Assembly (NCBI GenBank): GCA_965662845.1
Contig: CBFIJD010000002.1
Location: 105,625-120,068, forward strand
DNA length: 14,444 nt
Reading direction: 5' to 3'
Source: an uncultured bacterium
GTDB taxonomy: Bacteria > SAR324 > NAC60-12
The position numbers and the translations under genes were made by a program. Under the pieces are notes generated by a model, which was not told the origin of the DNA, did no database searches, and saw nothing but the letters and a program-made list of their open reading frames with translations. Within the stretch, counting starts at the first letter, position 1. Each line of letters starts with the position of its first letter. Below, one piece after another: positions 7,891 through 14,444 of the stretch.

Positions 7891-9408
7891 ATGGCCTTGT
7901 TCAGCAAAAGAAAGCTCAAACTCGCGACCCCAGCGGCGCCTGAGAAGCCACACACGCTCCTGCTTGTCGATGACGAAGAAGCGAACCTGCGCGGTCTGTG
8001 CGGTCTCTTAGAAGATGAGTATAACCTGCTCACCGCTAAGGACGGCAGCGAAGCCCTCGAAATTCTGCGCAACCACAACAACGTCTCCGAGATCCACCTG
8101 ATTATCTCCGACCAGCGCATGCCCCGCATGACTGGGGTCGAGATGCTGCGAAACTCAACAGAGCTGGCGCCTGATGCAATGCGCATCATTCTGACGGGAT
8201 TCACAGACGTGCAAGCCATCATCGAAGCGATCAACACCAGCGACGTCTATAAATTCCTCACCAAACCCATTGAACCCACGGTGCTGCACACCAACGTGCA
8301 GCGAGCGCTCGAGATCTTCGCGCTGCGTCGCCACAACCGCGACATTCTCGATGAACTCCAACATGCGAACCAAAAACTCACGCTGGCGCTGCGCGTCGCA
8401 AAGGTCGGGATCTGGGAGTATCTCGACACGCAACTGAAATGGGATGACGCCGCCGTAAACCTGCTCGGCGACAACCCACCCAACAGCTTTGAACAGCTCT
8501 CTGAACGTGTGCATCCAAATGATCGCGACCGCGTGCAGGACTTCTTGTCCGCGCTGACCAGCGAGAGAGACCACACGGAGCTCGCGCCCTTCCGCTATCT
8601 GTACAACGAAAATGACGAAATTTGGCTGAGCATCGCCGTCCGCAGCACAGGCCCCCAGCGCTTTGTCGGCACGCTGCAAGATCTCACCGAGCAAAAGCAA
8701 CAAGAACAGCAGCTGATGGAGTCCGAAAAGCTGATGACGCTCGGACAGATCGCCGCCGGCATCAGCCACGAGCTCCGCAACCCGCTCTCCGTCATCAACA
8801 TGGAAGCCGAGCTGCTCTCCGCCGGCATCAAAGAGATCGAACCGGTCGTGGACGTGATCCACAATCGCATCGAATACTGCATGTCGATCATGCAGAACAT
8901 GCTCGACTTTGGACGCCAAGCGAGCGCAGAACAACGCTCTGAAGTTGTGCCGAAGCTCCTGATTGATCGCTCTGTGCAAATGACGAACTATCTCTGCCGC
9001 AAGCAGGGAGTCACCGTCGAGACGCAGCTGGCCAAGGACCTCCCCGCTTTTTCGGGAAACTTTACCCAGCTGCAGCAGGTGCTGGTCAACCTCATCACAA
9101 ACGCCGTTCACGCTCTGGAAGACCGAGAGTCAAGGCGCATTTTGCTGAAAGCAACGCACTCCACCGCAACCCCTGAGAGCGTGGTTTTTAGTGTGGAAGA
9201 CAACGGCTGCGGCATCCCGCCCGAAAAATTCGAGCAGATCTTCAAAGCCTTCTACACCTCCAAGCCTGTGGGCAAAGGAACCGGCCTCGGCCTCTCCATC
9301 ACCAAGAAGATTGTGGACGATCACCAAGGTCAGATCCGAGTTGAGAGCACGCAGAATGTCGGGACCACCTTCTATCTCGACATCCCCATCCATCCCCCCG
9401 CAGCCTGA
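7891..9408 (+). CDS. Hybrid response regulator/sensor histidine kinase (REC - PAS - HisKA - HATPase_c), soluble
   Basis: 505 aa; REC LLLVDDEE, LIISDQRMP, IILTG, KFLTKP; PAS_3-like VGIWEY..LKWD..VHPNDR..GTLQDLTEQK; H-box AAGISHELRNPL, QVLVNLITNA, EDNGCGI, FYTSKPVGKGTGLGL. Confidence 0.95.
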   Translation: MALFSKRKLKLATPAAPEKPHTLLLVDDEEANLRGLCGLLEDEYNLLTAKDGSEALEILRNHNNVSEIHLIISDQRMPRMTGVEMLRNSTELAPDAMRIILTGFTDVQAIIEAINTSDVYKFLTKPIEPTVLHTNVQRALEIFALRRHNRDILDELQHANQKLTLALRVAKVGIWEYLDTQLKWDDAAVNLLGDNPPNSFEQLSERVHPNDRDRVQDFLSALTSERDHTELAPFRYLYNENDEIWLSIAVRSTGPQRFVGTLQDLTEQKQQEQQLMESEKLMTLGQIAAGISHELRNPLSVINMEAELLSAGIKEIEPVVDVIHNRIEYCMSIMQNMLDFGRQASAEQRSEVVPKLLIDRSVQMTNYLCRKQGVTVETQLAKDLPAFSGNFTQLQQVLVNLITNAVHALEDRESRRILLKATHSTATPESVVFSVEDNGCGIPPEKFEQIFKAFYTSKPVGKGTGLGLSITKKIVDDHQGQIRVESTQNVGTTFYLDIPIHPPAA

Positions 9409-9701
9409 TCCCAGCCTAGAGACTCTCGCGGACTCCTGCCCCGCGCTGCCTTACCTTGACGAGGCTCTCCTTAAAGCCGCCGAAGTTTCCCCAAGAAACC
9501 ACCTCATACCGCTGCGCGCCTCCTCCTCCGAGGAAGAGAGATCTTGACTCGCGGACAACACCTCTGCGGCAACCCACCGGCGCGCTGAGGTCAAATCCTC
9601 ACCTCAAGAAAGCACGGCCCGACCCCATTGCTCTGCTCCGATCCGATCCACCTGCCGCAGAACACGCACGGCGGCGGTTTGATGTTTTTCAGCAACAAAG
9701 T

Positions 9702-9720
9702 CTGCTTATTTTATAGGCAG
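9702..9720 (+). promoter_or_regulatory. NtrC-like upstream activator site for the urt operon
   Basis: CTGCTTAT-TTT-ATAGGCAG inverted repeat (7/8 match); core TGC-N11-GCA with AT-rich centre has the geometry of the NtrC box TGCACCAWWWTGGTGCA; about 130 nt upstream of the -24 element. Confidence 0.6.
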
Positions 9721-9807
9721 TTTTGTTGCAGTTTGCTTTCATTTTACACAGTTTTGTCACACAAAAAGCACAAGGGATTTGCGCTTAAAATCTATTTAAG
9801 CTAATGA

Positions 9808-9820
9808 AATCAAACACATG
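9808..9820 (+). promoter_or_regulatory. IHF-like binding site between the activator site and the sigma54 promoter
   Basis: AATCAAACACATG versus consensus WATCAANNNNTTR (one mismatch) in an AT-rich tract, at the position expected for a DNA-bending site. Confidence 0.45.
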
Positions 9821-9846
9821 TCCAAAAAAACACAAGAAAACCACGC

Positions 9847-9862
9847 TGGCCATCTCATTGCA
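9847..9862 (+). promoter_or_regulatory. Sigma54 (-24/-12) promoter of urtA
   Basis: TGGCCATCTCATTGCA = TGGC-N7-TTGCA with exact GG-N10-GC spacing, 64 nt upstream of the urtA ATG. Confidence 0.75.
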
Positions 9863-9926
9863 GAAGAGAACAATGTGCTCACAGTTTGAGCATCTTTCTC
9901 GCTAACACCGCTTCAATGAGGGCTGT

Positions 9927-11228
9927 ATGTTCAAGTTGCTTTCTAAAAATTCATCACTCTTCAAGAAAGTCGTCATCACGGGCGCGACGACGCTGACGTT
10001 CGGGCTCGCCCAAGCCGCAGACACGATCAAGGTCGGCGTGCTGCACTCACTCTCGGGAACCATGGCCATCAGCGAGACGACGCTCAAAGACACCGTCGAG
10101 ATGCTGGTGGAAGAGCAGAACAAAAAAGGGGGCTTGCTGGGGAAGCAGCTGGAAGCCGTAGTCGTTGACCCCGCCTCGAACTGGCCGCTCTTCGCTGAGA
10201 AAGCGCGCGAGCTGCTAGAAGCGGAAAAAGTGGACGTGGTCTTCGGTTGCTGGACGTCTGTGTCGCGCAAGTCGGTGCTGCCCGTCTTTGAGGAGCTGAA
10301 CGGCTTGCTCTTCTATCCTGTTCAATATGAAGGCGAAGAGTCTTCAAAAAATGTCTTCTATACTGGCGCTGCGCCTAATCAACAGGCAATTCCGGCGGTT
10401 GATTATTTAAAAGACGAACTCGGCGTGGAGCGGTGGGTCCTCGCGGGTACTGACTATGTCTATCCGCGCACAACCAACAAAATTTTGGAGCAGTACCTCA
10501 AAGACCAAGGCGTCGCAGATGCGGACATCATGATCAACTACACGCCGTTCGGGCACTCCGACTGGCAAACGATTGTCGCGGACATCAAGTCTTTCGGTTC
10601 CCAAGGCAAGAAAACTGCGGTCGTCTCCACCATCAACGGCGACGCCAACGTCCCCTTCTATAAAGAACTCGGCAACCAAGGCCTCTCTGCCGAAGACATC
10701 CCTGTCGTCGCCTTCTCCGTTGGCGAAGAGGAACTCTCTGGCATCGACACCGCCCCGTTGGTCGGACACCTCGCCGCTTGGAACTATTTCATGAGCGCCG
10801 ACGCAGACATCAACTATGACTTCATTGACAAGTGGCACGCCTACATTGGCAACGAAGACCGCGTGACCAACGACCCGATGGAAGCGCACTACATCGGCTT
10901 CAACATGTGGGTGAAAGCCGTCGAGAAGGCGGGGACCAGCAACGTCGATGACGTCCGCGAGGCGATGTACGGCATCACCTTCCCGAACCTGACAGGCGGA
11001 ACCGCTGTGATGAACACCAACCATCACCTCACCAAGCCTGTGCTCATCGGCGAGATTCAGTCCGACGGACAGTTTCAGACCGTCTGGCAGACCCAAGGGG
11101 GCGTGATCGGCGACGCCTGGTCGAACTTCTTGCCCGACAGTCGCACGATTGTTGCCGATTGGACCACGCCGATCTCCTGCGGCAACTACAACATCAGCAC
11201 CGGCAAGTGCTCCGGTCAGAATTACTGA
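9927..11228 (+). CDS. urtA: Urea ABC transporter substrate-binding protein
   Basis: 433 aa; signal peptide ending AQA, IKVGVLHSLSGTMAISE, VDPASNWPLFAEKARELL, FGCWTSVSRKSVLPVFE, LFYPVQYEGEE, GTDYVYPRTTN, STINGDANVPFYKEL, NDPMEAHY; GAGGG upstream. Confidence 0.97.
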   Translation: MFKLLSKNSSLFKKVVITGATTLTFGLAQAADTIKVGVLHSLSGTMAISETTLKDTVEMLVEEQNKKGGLLGKQLEAVVVDPASNWPLFAEKARELLEAEKVDVVFGCWTSVSRKSVLPVFEELNGLLFYPVQYEGEESSKNVFYTGAAPNQQAIPAVDYLKDELGVERWVLAGTDYVYPRTTNKILEQYLKDQGVADADIMINYTPFGHSDWQTIVADIKSFGSQGKKTAVVSTINGDANVPFYKELGNQGLSAEDIPVVAFSVGEEELSGIDTAPLVGHLAAWNYFMSADADINYDFIDKWHAYIGNEDRVTNDPMEAHYIGFNMWVKAVEKAGTSNVDDVREAMYGITFPNLTGGTAVMNTNHHLTKPVLIGEIQSDGQFQTVWQTQGGVIGDAWSNFLPDSRTIVADWTTPISCGNYNISTGKCSGQNY

Positions 11229-11458
11229 GGCGCTCGCTCTCATCGCCTCCGCTGCGCGGGCTCGTCACAACCGCGCCGGAACAAACGCCTCTGTGGCGGA
11301 GGCTCACCTCTCTGATCGCACAGGGAGATGGGGGGCGATCGGCTCCCTCGCTCCCCAACAGGCACGCTGCGGACATCCTCGTCGCTGGCGATGACGCTCT
11401 CCGCAAGGTGGCTGACACCACCGCCGTTAGGACGAAACCTTCTTTTCATCTGAGAACC

Positions 11459-13072
11459 ATGCGACATCGAACCTTCCTGCTCTGGCTGCTATTGCTCCTG
11501 CCGCTTCCCTTGATGGCCAATGATTTTGAAGACGCTCTGCAGCAGCTCACGAGCCGCAACTTCTCCCAAGTGATCGCAGCGGTTGAGGCGCTAGGAGGGT
11601 CTGGGAATCCCCAAGCGAAGCCGATTCTGGAAGCCATGCTCGCGGGAGAGCTGCAAGTCCGCAAGCGCGACAACCGCTTCGTGCTCGCGGAGCGTGACGG
11701 GCGCAACTACCGTTTGCGCGACGCCTTGAGCAACGAGCTGCTGGAGGAGTCGGCCTCGCGACGGACGCTGCGAAAAATCCGCGTCAACAACAGCGTCCGC
11801 AGCACGATTCGTGGCGCGCTTGCCCGCTTGGCTCTCGATGACCCTGACCCCGCAGAACGACGCAACGCCGCTCAAGCGCTCAGCGACGGCGACCCGGCGC
11901 TCAACGAACCGCTCCTCAAGCAAGCGCTCGCCAGCGAGACCGACGCCCGCGTCCGCGACGCGCTGCGGTTCAGCCTCGCGAAGCTACAGCTGCAGCACTC
12001 TGACGCTCAGATTCGGCTGCGCTCTGTTGATGAACTCAGCGGCTCTCTGCAACCGGAAGTGCGCGTGTTGCTGACCCAAGCGCTGGCAAAGAATAGCGAC
12101 GGGACATGGAGAGAGCCTGACCCTGACATTCGCGCGCGGATGCAGCGCGCCCTCACCGAAATGGAGTTCTGGCAAGACGTCAACACGGCGGCGGAGACGC
12201 TCTTTTTTGGCGTCAGCCTTGGTTCGGTGCTGTTGCTTGCGGCGATTGGCTTGGCGGTCACCTTCGGCGTGATGGGGGTCATCAACATGGCGCACGGCGA
12301 GATGATCATGCTTGGGGCTTACACGACCTTTGTCGTGCAGCAGCTGATGCCACAGTCGGTCGAGTATTCGCTGCTGCTGGCGATCCCAGCCGCGTTTGTG
12401 GTCTCGGGGTGTGTCGGCATGCTGCTGGAGCGCACCGTCATTCGTCTGCTCTACGGGCGACCGCTAGAGACGCTGCTCGCGACCTTCGGGGTGAGCCTGT
12501 TCCTGCAGCAGACCGTCCGCAGCGTCTTCGGCCCGCTGAACCAGAGCGTGATCACGCCGCAGTGGATGACCGGCGCGCTGGAGGTCAACCCGCTGCTCTC
12601 GCTGACTTACAACCGCTTGACGATCATCTTGTTTGTGCCTGTGGTGCTCGTGGCGCTGATGCTGTTGCTCAAGCGCTCGCACTTTGGGCTTGAGATGCGG
12701 GCCGTCACGCAAAATCGGTCGATGGCGAACGCGATGGGCATCCGCTCTGACCGCGTGGACGCGCTCACCTTCGGGCTTGGGTCGGGCATTGCGGGCGTCG
12801 CGGGCGTCGCGCTGAGTCAGCTCACGAACGTCGGCCCTAACTTGGGGCAGTCTTACATCATCGACTCGTTCATGGTCGTGGTCTTTGGCGGCGTCGGCAA
12901 CCTGTGGGGGACGCTTGTGGGCGCGCTGAGCCTTGGGCTCGCGAACAAGCTCTTAGAGCCTTTTGCGGGGGCTGTCGCGGCGAAGATTCTGGTGCTCGTG
13001 TTCATCATCTTGTTCTTGCAAAAGCGTCCGCGTGGACTGTTTGCGCTCAAAGGGCGCTTCGTCGAAGCCTAA
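11459..13072 (+). CDS. urtB: Urea ABC transporter permease subunit with N-terminal periplasmic HEAT-like helical domain
   Basis: Start reassigned to ATG 11459 (537 aa; signal peptide MRHRTFLLWLLLLLPLPLMA). GSVLLLAAIGLAVTFGVMGVINMAHGE, LYGRPLETLLATFG, RAVTQNR.MA..MGI, GPNLGQSYIIDSFMVVVFGGVG, QKRPRGLFALKGR. Confidence 0.96.
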   Translation: MRHRTFLLWLLLLLPLPLMANDFEDALQQLTSRNFSQVIAAVEALGGSGNPQAKPILEAMLAGELQVRKRDNRFVLAERDGRNYRLRDALSNELLEESASRRTLRKIRVNNSVRSTIRGALARLALDDPDPAERRNAAQALSDGDPALNEPLLKQALASETDARVRDALRFSLAKLQLQHSDAQIRLRSVDELSGSLQPEVRVLLTQALAKNSDGTWREPDPDIRARMQRALTEMEFWQDVNTAAETLFFGVSLGSVLLLAAIGLAVTFGVMGVINMAHGEMIMLGAYTTFVVQQLMPQSVEYSLLLAIPAAFVVSGCVGMLLERTVIRLLYGRPLETLLATFGVSLFLQQTVRSVFGPLNQSVITPQWMTGALEVNPLLSLTYNRLTIILFVPVVLVALMLLLKRSHFGLEMRAVTQNRSMANAMGIRSDRVDALTFGLGSGIAGVAGVALSQLTNVGPNLGQSYIIDSFMVVVFGGVGNLWGTLVGALSLGLANKLLEPFAGAVAAKILVLVFIILFLQKRPRGLFALKGRFVEA

Positions 13073-13097
13073 TCTGCAACTTCACACACAGCTGAAT

Positions 13098-14243
13098 ATG
13101 TCGTCATCGTTTTGGAGATCCATCTGGCAGGAGGGGGCTGCGCGCTGGTTCTTGGCCATTTTATTTGTCGTCACCGTGGCGGTGCCGCTGCTGAACGCCT
13201 TCACCGTAGAGGGCACGGCGCTGCATCTCCCCACATACGTGATGAGCCTGCTGGGCAAGTATCTGTGTTATGCGCTGCTGGCGCTGTCGCTGGATTTGGT
13301 CTGGGGGTATTGCGGCATATTGAGCTTGGGGCACGGCGCGTTTTTCGCGTTGGGAGGCTATGCCTTGGGGATGCACTTGATGCGTGAGATTGGCGACCGC
13401 GGTGTGTATGGGAACCCCGACCTGCCGGACTTCATGGTCTTTCTCAACTGGGAAGCCCTGCCGTGGTACTGGCTCGGTTTCGACAACTTTGGCTTCGCTG
13501 TTTTCATGGTCATGTTTGCCCCGGGAGCGTTGGCGCTGATTTTTGGCTGGTTCGCGTTTCGCTCCCGAGTGACGGGCGTCTATCTCTCGATCATTACCCA
13601 GGCGTTGACATACGCGCTGATGCTCGCCTTCTTCCTCAACGAGTTTGGCTTTGGCGGCAACAACGGGCTGACGGACTTCAAAGATGTGCTCGGCTTTGAT
13701 CTGCAAGCTGACGCTACCCGACGCGGGCTGTTTGTGTTGTCGGGGCTGGCGCTGTTGCTTGGGTTCTTGCTGTGTCGCTGGGTGCTGCACACGCACTACG
13801 GCCGCGTCTTGATTGCCGTACGCGACGCGGAGAGCCGCACACGCTTTCTGGGCTATCGCGCAGAGCATTACAAAGTCTTCGCCTTCGTAGTCGCCGCGAT
13901 GCTGGCTGGCGTCGCGGGAGCGCTCTACGTGCCGCAAGTCGGCATCATCAACCCCGGAGAATTTGCGCCGCTGGTCTCGATTGAGATTGTGATCTGGGTC
14001 GCTGTTGGAGGGCGCGGGACGCTTTACGGCGCAGCGTTGGGGGCGGTGTTGGTGAATCTCGCCAAGACCTACTTCACAGGCGTGTTCCCCGAGCTGTGGC
14101 TGTTCTTGTTAGGCGGGCTGTTCGTGCTGGTGACCGTGCTCTTGCCCAAAGGCATCGTCGGGTTGCGCTTTCCTCGGCGGGAGCAGACCAGCGCCTCTGA
14201 GACCGCGACTAGCGTCGTCGCTTCTTCCACCACCTCTTCGTAG
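13098..14243 (+). CDS. urtC: Urea ABC transporter permease subunit
   Basis: Start reassigned to ATG 13098 (381 aa). LGKYLCYALLALSLDLVWGYCGILSLGHGAFFALGGY, LPDFMVFLNW, FRSRVTGVYLSIITQA, GGNNGLTDF, AVRDAESRTRFLGY, LYVPQVGIINP, WVAVGGRGTL. Confidence 0.96.
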   Translation: MSSSFWRSIWQEGAARWFLAILFVVTVAVPLLNAFTVEGTALHLPTYVMSLLGKYLCYALLALSLDLVWGYCGILSLGHGAFFALGGYALGMHLMREIGDRGVYGNPDLPDFMVFLNWEALPWYWLGFDNFGFAVFMVMFAPGALALIFGWFAFRSRVTGVYLSIITQALTYALMLAFFLNEFGFGGNNGLTDFKDVLGFDLQADATRRGLFVLSGLALLLGFLLCRWVLHTHYGRVLIAVRDAESRTRFLGYRAEHYKVFAFVVAAMLAGVAGALYVPQVGIINPGEFAPLVSIEIVIWVAVGGRGTLYGAALGAVLVNLAKTYFTGVFPELWLFLLGGLFVLVTVLLPKGIVGLRFPRREQTSASETATSVVASSTTSS

Positions 14244-14253
14244 CAGAGCGGTC

Positions 14254-14444
14254 ATGTCAACTCCTGTGTTAGTTTATGGTCAGCGCCGCGTGGCAGAGAG
14301 CATTTTGTATCTCGACGGCGTGACGGTCTCTTTTGACGGCTTCCGCGCGCTGAACAACCTGTCGCTGTGGATGGAACCCGGCGAGCTGCGCGCGATCATT
14401 GGCCCGAACGGCGCAGGCAAGACCACGATGATGGATGTGATACG
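14254..14444 (+). CDS. urtD: Urea ABC transporter ATP-binding subunit, 5' part only
   Basis: Manual translation MSTPVLVYGQRRVAESILYLDGVTVSFDGFRALNNLSLWMEPGELRAIIGPNGAGKTTMMDVI; Walker A GPNGAGKTT; directly follows urtC. Confidence 0.94.
   Translation, partial: MSTPVLVYGQRRVAESILYLDGVTVSFDGFRALNNLSLWMEPGELRAIIGPNGAGKTTMMDVI

Noticed and set aside
7648..7953. Minus-strand 101-aa ORF with nearby GGAGG-like sequences in the divergent region
   Set aside because: Overlaps the hybrid kinase start, composition not protein-like, no motif; cannot be supported.
11380..11445. GGACGAAAC at 11430-11438, reminiscent of a hammerhead ribozyme core or guanidine-II ACGA loop
   Set aside because: No upstream CUGANGA with a matching stem II, and no paired ACGR hairpins.
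11159..11458. Apparent 100-aa N-terminal extension of UrtB overlapping urtA
   Set aside because: The signal peptide begins at ATG 11459; the extension is low-quality sequence over a structured spacer. The same reasoning applies to the track extensions of urtC (12963) and the kinase (7709).
11519..12180. HEAT-like helical domain fused to UrtB, and paired C-terminal cysteines in UrtA
   Set aside because: Both are, to my knowledge, usual in proteobacterial-type Urt systems, so not novel.
8155..13937. Long minus-strand ORFs (8155-9111, 10407-11243, 13161-13937 and others)
   Set aside because: Antisense shadows of the hybrid kinase and urt genes.
1..14444. CRISPR arrays, tRNA/rRNA, IS elements, integrases, toxin-antitoxin or defence genes
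   Set aside because: No regularly spaced repeats, cloverleaf, terminal inverted repeats with transposase, or matching protein motifs seen.

Overview
GC-rich bacterial chromosomal window, gene-dense and mostly ordinary. Minus strand, right to left: a FleS/FlrB-like PAS histidine kinase and a FleR/FlrC/FlgR-like sigma54 activator, a degenerate receiver-domain protein overlapping a DASS/SLC13 anion permease, an archaeal/eukaryote-type proS, and a DegP/DegQ-family protease truncated by the window edge (missed by the ORF track). Plus strand: a divergent REC-PAS-HisKA-HATPase hybrid kinase, then a urea ABC transporter operon urtABC plus the 5' end of urtD (also missed by the track), preceded by a clear sigma54 promoter with NtrC-like and IHF-like sites. 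I see no mobile element, CRISPR array, tRNA/rRNA or defence system. The best candidate for something undescribed is the receiver-fold protein that has lost all canonical phosphorylation residues, has no adjacent dedicated kinase and is translationally coupled to the DASS permease. All family calls come from motif recognition by eye; no searches were run.
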